A DNA stretch of 64,000 nucleotides from Gammaproteobacteria bacterium (GCA_965238175.1 CBDEGZ010000003.1:928001-992000); one strand, 5' to 3'. Counted from the stretch's first letter, positions 42,019-51,124 are shown. The notes: generated from the letters alone by a model not told the origin. Numbers and translations are program-made.

Positions 42019-42484
42019 ATGGTTTGTCGCTAGTGGTTCAGACCACTCAGTCACGCTTGTTTTTGTTAATGATTCTTTAATTTCAAAGAGTTCCTAATTG
42101 TTACGAACGCATGCTGCAAAAATTAAAAACGCAGGCAGGCGACGCAAAATGCGCGCGCCTGCTACGAGCGTTAGGCGAGAAAAACCCAAACTCTACACTA
42201 TATTTAAGAGAACGCGTTAGTACTCATTACTAGCATCAGTAGCCCTACAATTTTTAGAGGCCTTCCAGAAATTAATCATCGTCAGGCTTACAGGGATCCC
42301 TCAGGACCTGATCCTTTCTTTTTTTTCTTTTTCTCACCTTAGTTTTATACTAAAGTGGTGCGTTTCGTTTTAGAATGTGGGCCTTTACTTTTCCCAGTTG
42401 GCCGTCACCTTATATTTATTGGGATAAGAGAAATAAAGCATATGTTAAAGAATGGCTGTTCGATTGACAGATAACTCAAACGTT

Positions 42485-42931
42485 ATGTTGAAAGGAACAC
42501 TCCTATATATTGTAATTTTCTTTATAAGTATTGCATGGCTTTCATGTTCAAAGCCCCTACCCAATAATTCATTTCAATTTGATAAGGCAGACAATGTAAA
42601 ACTTAATGGCATTGACCTCACCCACAGCCAGATTGATAATATCGAAAAATTATTGAACAACTTACCGAATGCTAAAAAAGACACTTATAGCCGGGCGCCT
42701 CTATTCATTACGTCATTTGAAAATGATAAGCTAAAACAGGTAATATCAATTTTCAAAAAAGAGATGTTCGTTTATAAGGGCGTTGACTTGGATTCCTGGG
42801 AAGATCGGATGAAAGGAAAGGAATCCAAAGGATACAAAGCTAATAAAGCTTTAATTGAATTATTAGAGGACATAGTGAACAAAAAACATAACAAAACATT
42901 CAAGACGGACCAGCTACCGCCGGCCGCTTAA
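42485..42931 (+). CDS. Hypothetical lipoprotein, integron gene cassette
   Basis: Lipobox-like WLSC; begins at the GTTATGT core (42482) and runs into an attC. Confidence 0.7.
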   Translation: MLKGTLLYIVIFFISIAWLSCSKPLPNNSFQFDKADNVKLNGIDLTHSQIDNIEKLLNNLPNAKKDTYSRAPLFITSFENDKLKQVISIFKKEMFVYKGVDLDSWEDRMKGKESKGYKANKALIELLEDIVNKKHNKTFKTDQLPPAA

Positions 42932-42945
42932 CTGGACTGTTATGT
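42886..42945 (+). other. attC site (60 bp)
   Basis: ACATAAC ... TTCAAG ... CTTAA ... GTTATGT; perfectly complementary R''/R' cores. Confidence 0.8.
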
Positions 42946-43113
42946 TAAAAAGATGAACACATGATACAGCATAAATATACAGGGTTAGACCACAGGAAGC
43001 AGAATGTAGAAGAAAATGTTGTTGATGCCATTTTTCATTACGATAATGATCTTTGTGAGATTGAGCTAAAGAAATGTCTTAAACAACAAGTTCATCAGGG
43101 TCAGGCCTTACAA

Positions 43114-43142
43114 TTGACATTCTCCAGCCTCTTCCTTATTCT
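43114..43142 (+). promoter_or_regulatory. Sigma70 promoter for the RAYT gene, with the -35 supplied by the end repeat
   Basis: TTGACA-N17-TATTCT. Confidence 0.55.
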
Positions 43143-43168
43143 GGGTCGTTTTATATTAAGGTATCCTT

Positions 43169-44014
43169 ATGGCTAGGCCATTACGCATTGAGTATTCAGG
43201 GGCGCTTTACCACGTCACATCCCGGGGTAACGCGCAGCAGGATATATATCTGAGCGATGACGACAGGCGACAATTTCTCACGTTACTAAGCAATGTCTGT
43301 GAGCGACATCAGTGGTATTGTCATGCCTATTGTTTGATGTCGAATCACTACCATCTATTGATCGAAACACAGACACCGACTCTTTCCAAGGGAATGAAAT
43401 ACCTCAATGGTAGCTACACGCAATATTTTAATCGCAATCATCAGCGGGTAGGGCATGTATTTCAGGGGCGATTTAAAGCGATTATGCTGGAGGCCGAGAG
43501 TTATCTGTTGGAACTGTGTCGCTATATTGTATTAAATCCAGTTCGGGCACAGATGGTTAGGTCGGCTAAGGATTGGCCGTGGAGCAGTTACCGCGCTACA
43601 GCAGGTATGACTAAGCCGGTCAATGCGTTGACAACAGATTGGGTATTGGGTTGTTTTAGTAAGCAAAAAAAGCGCGCTATTAAGGGTTATAGATTGTTTG
43701 TTTCAGAAGGTAGAAATCAGCCGTCCCCATGGAAGGCATTAAAGAATCAGGTGTTTCTAGGCTCCGATGAGTTTGTTGAAGATACCCAGAACAAGCTTAA
43801 GGAAGAGCATTCTCTGGTGGATATTCCCAGGTCGCAAAAGCTAACCCCATCCCAACCGCTGACTTACTATTTGGCCGAATACCCAGATAAAGAAGGAATG
43901 GCGCGAGCCTATTTGAGTGGGCATTATACGTTAAAGGAAGTAGGCGTGGCCTATTCCAAAAGCTATGCAACGGTGAGTCGTGCCGTGAAGGCTTTTGAAA
44001 GGGCAAGTGGATAG
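43169..44014 (+). CDS. REP-associated tyrosine (Y1 HUH) transposase with C-terminal HTH
   Basis: MARPLR, YHVTSRGN, LMSNHYHLL (HUH), FQGRFKA, YIVLNPVRA (catalytic Tyr) and WPWSSY. Confidence 0.92.
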   Translation: MARPLRIEYSGALYHVTSRGNAQQDIYLSDDDRRQFLTLLSNVCERHQWYCHAYCLMSNHYHLLIETQTPTLSKGMKYLNGSYTQYFNRNHQRVGHVFQGRFKAIMLEAESYLLELCRYIVLNPVRAQMVRSAKDWPWSSYRATAGMTKPVNALTTDWVLGCFSKQKKRAIKGYRLFVSEGRNQPSPWKALKNQVFLGSDEFVEDTQNKLKEEHSLVDIPRSQKLTPSQPLTYYLAEYPDKEGMARAYLSGHYTLKEVGVAYSKSYATVSRAVKAFERASG

Positions 44015-44059
44015 AAATCGGCATTATATCAAATGTAAGTCCTGACCCTATTTACCTAG

Positions 44060-44287
44060 CAGGTATTCTTTCCCAAAGAGCTTGGCCCTGTTGATGGTGA
44101 ACTTGACGTTATTGCACCGTTTAAAAATCTGGATGAAGTCACCGATCAGATCATCAACAAAACCACGGGTGGTGGCTGGTTCCTGATCCCATGGAACCGC
44201 CGCAATCAGACGGGCGCTTTAGAGATCACCAACGGGCTTGGGCAAGCGGGCGCGCGTGAAGGCCGCCAAAGTGAATGTGACCAATAG
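44060..44287 (+). pseudogene. Orphan C-terminal gene fragment (possible polymorphic toxin tip)
   Basis: Open frame QVFFPKELGPVDG...GAREGRQSECDQ* with no start, beginning just after the RAYT right end; visibly GC-richer. Confidence 0.4.
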
Positions 44288-44295
44288 GAGTAGAT

Positions 44296-44836
44296 ATGCT
44301 AGATTTTAAAGAGATATACAGCCTATTTGATCAGTCAATCGCGCTCTATGAAGTTGGTGCCAACCGCCTCGATGAAATAGTTGAGCAATTAGGTGATCAT
44401 GTCCTTCATAGAAAGCCGTTACCACCAGAAATTCTACGAATGATGGAAAACAGCGCGCCCTTGCAAAGTGACATCAGAACGCAAATGGGAAATCTATAAT
44501 GAATTGCGAAAAATGCCGAATTTGTTACGGCGGTCACAAAAGTTTTTGCGTGAGTCTTTAGGTGAAGGGGATGCTATTAGTTCTTTAACATATGCATACG
44601 CATATGTTAAATACCAAAGATCCTACCAAGATCAATTGGGGTTTTGGAACAAATTGGAAGACCCCGCTTTGATGGATTTTGAGAAAAAAAGCTATGATGT
44701 TGCTTTACGTCTCAGTGATATTTTTACGATTGTGTCTGAAGATGGCAGCATGCCGTATTCAAATGATACAGCAGATGTAGCCCTTGCAGCCGAACTCTCA
44801 CGCAATAACCCATGGGCGAAATACGCAACAAAATAA
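44296..44836 (+). pseudogene. Frameshifted hypothetical protein (two overlapping ORFs)
   Basis: 44296-44499 and 44468-44836 overlap; an AGGAG RBS precedes only the first. Confidence 0.5.
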
Positions 44837-44956
44837 CTTAAAGGGGGGGATTCAATTTCAAAGTGCACTATCGCTGTTAATGGCGTGTTTTGGAGTGGAA
44901 ACCGTCCAAATGCTATTCTACTTATTTTTTAGAATGGGTGGCTTAATCTAAAGTTT

Positions 44957-44990
44957 ATCAGGGTCAGACCTTACAATTGACATTCTCCAG
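44957..44990 (+). repeat. Solo copy of the RAYT left end
   Basis: ATCAGGGTCAGACCTTACAATTGACATTCTCCAG, one mismatch to 43094-43127. Confidence 0.9.
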
Positions 44991-45111
44991 TCTGGTAGAT
45001 CCACGTTTTAAGTGTAACTCTCCTTAATTAAAGTTACTAGATTAGCTAGTAATTGCTTAATAGAAAATTGCACTTAAAACGGATCCCTCAGGGTTAGATA
45101 CTGTCTTAAAT

Positions 45112-46337
45112 TGTAGAAGTTTAGACCCAATCTGACACATCACTAAATCAAGCGGAGCGTAGCGACGCTTGATTTAGTGAGAGTTACCCGCTTTGATGTA
45201 ACTGCAACGTAAACATCAAAACACAAAGAGGTAACTCTCATGATTCATACTAATGACAAAGTTATAAAACATAAAGTTGGTCTACTCAATCTCGCTGAAG
45301 AACTCGGCAATGTCTCAAAAGCCTGCAAGATGATGGGTTTGTCCAGAGATACATTTTATCGCTACAAAGAAGCGGCTGATGAAGGCGGTGTAGAAGCCTT
45401 GTTTGATCGTAATCGGCGTACCCCAAATCTTAAAAACAGAATCGACCCGGCTATTGAAACCGTTGTGCTCGAGTATGCACTGGAAGAGCCCGCACATGGT
45501 CAAACGCGCACCAGTAACGAGCTGCGCAAACGGGGAACATTTGTCTCACCCAGTGGCGTTCGTTGTATCTGGCTTCGTCATGGTCTTGCTTGCTTTAAAG
45601 ATCGCCTGAAGGCATTGTCTGATAAGGTAGCTGGTGAAGGCTTGATCCTCACTGAGTCTCAAGTCGCGGCGATGGAACGCAAAAAAGACGACGATGAGGC
45701 TTGTGGCGAGATAGAAACGGCACACCCTGGTTATCTTGGCTCGCAAGATACTTACTATGTCGGTACTTTCAAAGGCATTGGTCGGGTTTATCAACAAACG
45801 TTTGTTGATACTTACAGCAAGGTCGCTCACGCGAAACTGTACCCGACTAAAACACCGATTACGGCAGCTGACATGCTCAATGACCGCGTCCTCCCATTCT
45901 ACGAAGAACAACGTTTGCCTATGTTGCGCATTTTGACAGATAGAGGGACGGAGTATTGTGGGCGAGCTGACCAGCATGATTATCAGCTTTATATGGCGTT
46001 GAACAATATCGAACACACCAAAACCAAGGTCAAATCACCTCAGACGAATGGTATTTGTGAGCGATTCCATAAGACGATCCTCAATGAGTTTTATCAAGTC
46101 GCTTTGCGTAAGAAAATTTACCAATCGATTGATGAACTGCAACTCGACCTTGACGAATGGTTGCTCAAATACAATACTCAACGAACTCACCAAGGCAAAA
46201 TGTGCTGCGGGAGGACGCCGATGGAAACACTCATCGACGGACAAGCTATCTGGAAGGAAAAGTTTGTGAATTAAACTTAACCTGACAGTCGGTTACTGAT
46301 AATTGGGTAACTGTCAGATCAAATCTGAATTTCTACA
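45112..46337 (+). mobile_element. IS481 family IS, copy 3 (transposase 45240-46274)
   Basis: One visible synonymous difference (GAA vs GAG near 45716); CTTAAA duplication on both sides. Confidence 0.95.
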
Positions 46338-46351
46338 CTTAAAGATCAAGT

Positions 46352-46492
46352 CTAAATGCCATTAATTTGATAATGAACATCAAAGGGTTTACCTGATTTC
46401 AACACCCCATAAGCCAACACCAACAGCTTTCGCATCACCGCGACCAATGCGACTTTCTTAGGCTTGCCTTTTGCCAATAGCTTTTTATAGAA
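46352..46492 (-). pseudogene. C-terminal remnant of an IS110-group transposase
   Basis: FYKKLLAKGKPKKVALVAVMRKLLVLAYGVLKSGKPFD...*; its right end (TTGATCTTTAAGACAGTATCT) is split by IS481 copy 3. Confidence 0.8.
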
Positions 46493-46523
46493 TTAATTCT
46501 GACTCTTGTTGGTTTTGATTCCT

Positions 46524-47141
46524 TCATGAGTATTCTAACCATCCTGTCATAACATACTTCGTGCCTTTAAGAGGTGGATTACCACGATGAAGATGTGTCC
46601 AACCAGCAGGCCAGATAACGCATCTACCAGCTTTTGGTTGTACTCGACGACTCTGATACAAAAATTCTGTCTCACCACCTTCTTCGACATCATTTAAGTA
46701 CAACATATAAGCACTATGTCTGCGAAGAAAACTTAGAGCTCCATTCTCATGATGCCAGACATGATAACCACCTGATGGTTCTGTTCTCTGTATTTTGTAA
46801 GTGAAGATAGTATGTGGAGGAATATCGTTCAGAACTTGAAACTGATCGCAGTAATGTTTGTATGCTTGATTCCAGAAAGCATCGTTAAAGCCATCTATGA
46901 ACCCAACTAAGTTTTCATAATTAAAATCAATTTCACTGTGACTATTTGGATTTAGAAACACAGAAAAATCTTTTACCGTTAATCCTTCAGACTCTAGTTC
47001 CGTATCTTCTCTCGACCTTCCGTAAGTTTTATTGTTTTTATTACACCACTCAAAGTACTCGATGAGTTCCTGGCAATATTCTTTACTGACCATATCATCA
47101 TATACACCAATGAAATCTTCATTCTGTACATCCATAACCAC
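46524..47141 (-). CDS. 2OG-Fe(II) oxygenase
   Basis: GGYHVWHHE, MLYLNDVEEGGETEF, HLHRGNPP and KYVMTGW motifs. Confidence 0.9.
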   Translation of the reverse strand: MVMDVQNEDFIGVYDDMVSKEYCQELIEYFEWCNKNNKTYGRSREDTELESEGLTVKDFSVFLNPNSHSEIDFNYENLVGFIDGFNDAFWNQAYKHYCDQFQVLNDIPPHTIFTYKIQRTEPSGGYHVWHHENGALSFLRRHSAYMLYLNDVEEGGETEFLYQSRRVQPKAGRCVIWPAGWTHLHRGNPPLKGTKYVMTGWLEYS

Positions 47142-47679
47142 ACACTCCTCAATTTAAGACCAATCTGGTCTTTCATACCATTAGCAAGACTAATTCTTTT
47201 ACCCTTAGTTACGGGTGTTGCTCTGTGTACTACGAAACTCGGAAAGCAACGAAACCACCCAATAACTTATCAGGATATTGATTATTGTCACAATCTAACA
47301 ACTCTAATTGACTGCCTTCAAAATCTTCAGGTGATGGCAATAGAACAGATGCTGAAACTTTTCTTTGTTGTTGTACATATGACAGTTATTTAAAATCAAT
47401 AGGGTCATTGAAAGCAAAATATCAATCGAAATTGACCTTATTGATACACAGAGTACCGTACGTGTTGCAATTCATGCAAAGCAAAGGCCAAGTTCAGGGA
47501 ATGCCTTGGTTTAAACGAAAATAGGGCGTGAAAATGGATCACAAATTCTTACTATATTGGGTGATTTAGAGATTCTTTTTTTGACAAAGATGATGAGGAT
47601 TATGAATGGCCTGCCTGCATATATATTATTGGGACTGCTCTAACGAATTAGAATCGAGCCTCTACAACTCTGTGACGAA

Positions 47680-48077
47680 TATGCTTGAGAAGCGCGTTAA
47701 AGGTTTGAAGAAAACTAAGGTGCTGATGCAGGAAAAAATGGCAAATTGTCATCGTCCGGTGAGAGGGATAGCGAAACTTATAGAATCGCAATAGAATTCC
47801 TCGCAAAGCCTTATAAAATCTGGTTTTCCAAGTGACTAGAAGATAAGCGGAGAGTGCTAAAATTGGCTTTTGCAGACCGATTGACTTATGTGTGTGGGAA
47901 GGGTTATAGAACTGCAAAAACGATTTACCTTTCAAAGTGTTAAGGAAATATTTTACTCAAAAAGAAGTAATGGTGGGCATCGATGTGGAAACATCGAACC
48001 AACTTTTCGAGACTTTAGCAGAATGGGATGACTACTTACAACACCATGTTCCATACTTTCAGGAGCCACAACCATGA
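47680..48077 (+). pseudogene. C-terminal relic of a large serine recombinase
   Basis: IEFLAKPYKIWFSK*LEDKRRVLKLAFADRLTYVCGKGYRTAKT ... MVGIDVETSNQLFETLAEWDDYL; contains stops and frameshifts. Confidence 0.6.
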
Positions 48078-48517
48078 GCGCCGTAGTCAATCAAAAGCTA
48101 CGGGCTACGACAGCATTTCAAGCAGTTTCCGGTAAACAAAACTCTCACCCCGGCAAACGTGCTGCTCCTTTTTCACTTCGACTGACAGCCGACGAAAGAG
48201 CCTACCTTGAACAATTAGCAGGTAATCGCTCTCTGAGCGCCTACATCCGAGAACAGTTATTGGGTGACAAGGTACATAAACGCCGTGTCTTAAGAAAACC
48301 CAAAATGGATGAGGCGCAATACGCTTCCTTACTGGCAGCATTAGGGCAATCCCATCTCTCATCCAACCTCAACCAATTGGCAAAACATGCCAACATGGGC
48401 ACACTGGATGTTTCAGAAGAAACGGAACGACAATTGGAGGAAGCGTATAAAACCATCTTGGTGGTGCGAGAAACCTTATTGATGGCCTTGGGTCTCAAAA
48501 CAGGAGATAGCACATGA
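48074..48517 (+). CDS. mobC: Relaxosome accessory protein MobC
   Basis: RHH-like PFSLRLTADER, SSNLNQLAKHAN; overlaps the relaxase start. Confidence 0.85.
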   Translation: MSAVVNQKLRATTAFQAVSGKQNSHPGKRAAPFSLRLTADERAYLEQLAGNRSLSAYIREQLLGDKVHKRRVLRKPKMDEAQYASLLAALGQSHLSSNLNQLAKHANMGTLDVSEETERQLEEAYKTILVVRETLLMALGLKTGDST

Positions 48518-49797
48518 ACCTGCAAGGCAGTCAACGCGGTGGCGCAAAAGACCTAGCATTGCATCTTCTCAAAGAAGAGAACGAACATGTTGAAGTGCAT
48601 GAGCTACGTGGGTTTGTGTCTGATGATTTAGTCTCTGCCCTCAACGAAACCCATGCAATTAGTCGTGGCACCAAAGCCAAACAATTCTTGTTTTCTCTTA
48701 GCCTGAACCCACCTCCAAAAGAAAACGTTTCAACAAAGACGTTTGAGGATGCGATACAACGGGTGGAAGACAAGCTAAACCTGACCAATCAACCCCGCGG
48801 CATTGTCTTTCATGAAAAACAGGGGCGTCGTCACGCACATGCGGTCTGGTCGCGCATTGATACAGAAACCATGAAAGCTATTCCGTTACCGCACACACGT
48901 TACAAACTCAGAGATATTTCCCGCGAGTTATATTTAGAAAATGGCTGGGATATGCCAAAGGGTTATCTGAATTCCAAAGAACGTGATCCTAAAAATTTTA
49001 CCCATGCTCAATGGCAGCAAGCCAAACGCTTGGGTAAAGACCCACGAGAAATAAAGGCTGCGTTTCAGGAGAGTTGGTCAATCAGTGATACTCAAAGCGC
49101 TTTTCAGCAGGCCTTGAAAGAACGGGGTTACGCATTGGCAAAAGGTGATAGACGCGGTTTTGTCGCCCTCGACCATCGCTGTGAAGTCTTCTCAGTCCCA
49201 AAGTGGACAGGCCTTAAAACCAAAGACATCAAAACCAAACTCACCGAGAAAGAAAATCTGCCTTCGGTTGATACTGCCAGAGCGCAGATTTCCAAGGAGA
49301 TGCAATCACGGTTAACGACATTGCAAAGGCAACAACACGAAGCAATTGAGGGACGTGTGAGTGAGATTGAGCAAAAGCGGGTGCCGTTGATGCAAGCTCA
49401 GCAAGCTGAACGCCTTCAACTTAAAGCATCTCAGCAAACTCGCTGGCAAGCTGAAACCTTGCAACGACAGGCGCGATTTAATAAAGGGCTACGAGGATTG
49501 TTTGATCATGTCACAGGTCAGCGCCGCCGTATCCAAGAACAAAATGAGCAGGAAACCTATGAATCCAGCGAGCGCGATAAACAAGAAAAAGACACGTTAA
49601 TCTTTACACAACTCAATCAGCGGCGAATGTTACAGAGCCGTATTGAACGCTTGCAAGATTTTAAGCAGCACCGGGTTGAATCACTCTCCCATGACATTAA
49701 GCAATACCAAGAAGTCAGAGAGAGAAAACGTGAAGTTGTCGATTTTAAAGAGCGAATGCAACAGCGCCGCCAACGAGGGCCTGAACGTGAGCGTTAA
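48514..49797 (+). CDS. Relaxase/mobilization nuclease (MOBP/VirD2-like)
   Basis: LFSLSLNPP, VFHEKQGRRHAHAVWSRID (HUH) and a coiled-coil C-terminus. Confidence 0.9.
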   Translation: MNLQGSQRGGAKDLALHLLKEENEHVEVHELRGFVSDDLVSALNETHAISRGTKAKQFLFSLSLNPPPKENVSTKTFEDAIQRVEDKLNLTNQPRGIVFHEKQGRRHAHAVWSRIDTETMKAIPLPHTRYKLRDISRELYLENGWDMPKGYLNSKERDPKNFTHAQWQQAKRLGKDPREIKAAFQESWSISDTQSAFQQALKERGYALAKGDRRGFVALDHRCEVFSVPKWTGLKTKDIKTKLTEKENLPSVDTARAQISKEMQSRLTTLQRQQHEAIEGRVSEIEQKRVPLMQAQQAERLQLKASQQTRWQAETLQRQARFNKGLRGLFDHVTGQRRRIQEQNEQETYESSERDKQEKDTLIFTQLNQRRMLQSRIERLQDFKQHRVESLSHDIKQYQEVRERKREVVDFKERMQQRRQRGPERER

Positions 49798-49905
49798 GCC
49801 AATTTTATCCATCCCCTAATAACAGGGGATTAATCGCTTGACCTCTCACTTAGTAGCAACTATATTTACGATTGACGTAACACGTACTTTTTGGTAATAT
49901 AAAAG

Positions 49906-50181
49906 ATGATAATAGACTTTAAGTGCAGGAAAACCGAACGTCTGTTTAATGGTGAACATATCCCGGCGTTTTCCGGCTTTAAGCGACAGGCTGAAAAACG
50001 CCTTCGTATATTGGATGCGGCAGATACACTTGGGGCGTTGCAAGCCTTGCCGAGTAACCGTTTTGAATCCTTATCCGGTGATCGGGCAGGACAATACAGT
50101 ATCCGCGTTAATATGCAGTGGCGTGTTTGTTTTACATGGGACGAAGGTGCTCACGATGTAGAGATAGTGGATTACCACTAG
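49906..50181 (+). CDS. higB: HigB (RelE/ParE family) toxin
   Basis: LPSNRFESLSGDRAGQYSIRVNMQWRVCF..VEIVDYH. Confidence 0.93.
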   Translation: MIIDFKCRKTERLFNGEHIPAFSGFKRQAEKRLRILDAADTLGALQALPSNRFESLSGDRAGQYSIRVNMQWRVCFTWDEGAHDVEIVDYH

Positions 50182-50205
50182 ATAGAGAAATGAATGGAGT
50201 TAATC

Positions 50206-50505
50206 ATGGCTAGAGAAGCAATACACCCCGGCGAAATTCTGGCAGATGAGCTGGAAGAAATCGGAATTACAGCGGCGGAATTATCGCGTCAAATTGATGT
50301 GCCACCCAACCGTATATCACATATTGTTCGTGGTATGCGGGATGTTACGGCGGATACGGCGCTAAGGCTCGGTCAGTTTTTTGGGACGGGGCCGGAGCTT
50401 TGGATGAATCTGCAAAAAACCTATGAACTAGATAAGGCGAAAGCCGAGTTAGGTGCAACGATTAAGAAAATACATCGCTGGCAGCCTCAAGACATGCATG
50501 TTTAA
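50206..50505 (+). CDS. higA: HigA antitoxin
   Basis: IHPGEILADEL, TADTALRLGQFFGTGPELWMNLQ. Confidence 0.93.
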   Translation: MAREAIHPGEILADELEEIGITAAELSRQIDVPPNRISHIVRGMRDVTADTALRLGQFFGTGPELWMNLQKTYELDKAKAELGATIKKIHRWQPQDMHV

Positions 50506-50529
50506 GACGGTAGATTAAGGTATTAAGTT

Positions 50530-50690
50530 ATGGCGACAATGAATATTTCCTTACCGAGCCTATGCGTAAATGGGTCGAGTCCAGAACCGATGATGGTCAA
50601 TATGCGAATAATAGCGATTATGTGCGTGACTTAATTCGTAAAGATATACAGCGAGCCGAGAAAATTCAGCAAGAACTGGATAGTGAGTAA
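50530..50690 (+). pseudogene. Frameshifted, truncated ParD-family (RHH) antitoxin
   Basis: MATMNISLP / EPMRKWVESRTDDGQYANNSDYVRDLIRKD; no toxin partner follows. Confidence 0.75.
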
Positions 50691-50800
50691 TGGGTAGCAT
50701 ATAAGCAAAGTATTAATTTTTTCGGTAGAAGTTCAATTAGCTGCTAGAGACTACCAACAGTCCCCTGACAGATTGAGACATCAATAATTGGAGAATAACT

Positions 50801-51124
50801 ATGCCAGATTATCACAACTACTATGGTAGTGCAGAGGATCCCACTGAAAAGCACAAAGTTGAGTCTGGGGGAATTCGACGTTATACGAAGAGCAGTGTTT
50901 TCTTCGCTAGTTTTCAACGTTGGAAACCAGGTATTTTGTGGAGGTTCACACCAAATACTAGGCTTGTTGAGTTCACAAACAATTCAGGCAAAGGATGGGT
51001 AACTATGACAGGTTTAGATGGTCCTTCGGATAAACAAACATTCTATGCTTACCAGAACGTGAAAAGTCTGGAACAGGAGATAGCTAAACAAGGTGTGCTG
51101 AAAGAGCCCCGCTACCCAGAATAA
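50801..51124 (+). CDS. Hypothetical protein followed by an attC-like 5' half
   Basis: GGAG RBS; GCCTAACAAGTTCGGGCAAC lies just after the stop. Confidence 0.6.
   Translation: MPDYHNYYGSAEDPTEKHKVESGGIRRYTKSSVFFASFQRWKPGILWRFTPNTRLVEFTNNSGKGWVTMTGLDGPSDKQTFYAYQNVKSLEQEIAKQGVLKEPRYPE

Larger units (their letters stand above)
43094..44048 (+). mobile_element. RAYT module bounded by inverted GGGTCAG-type ends
   Basis: Left end GGGTCAGGCCTTACAATTGACA (43098-43119); right end TATCAAATGTAAGTCCTGACCC (44027-44048). Confidence 0.8.

Noticed and set aside
38251-46337. Composite transposon formed by IS481 copies 2 and 3
   Set aside because: Each copy has its own flanking duplication (TCTTAC versus CTTAAA), indicating independent insertions.
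47971-48000. tRNA gene
   Set aside because: Only a T-loop-like and CCA-like segment; no D arm or anticodon arm.
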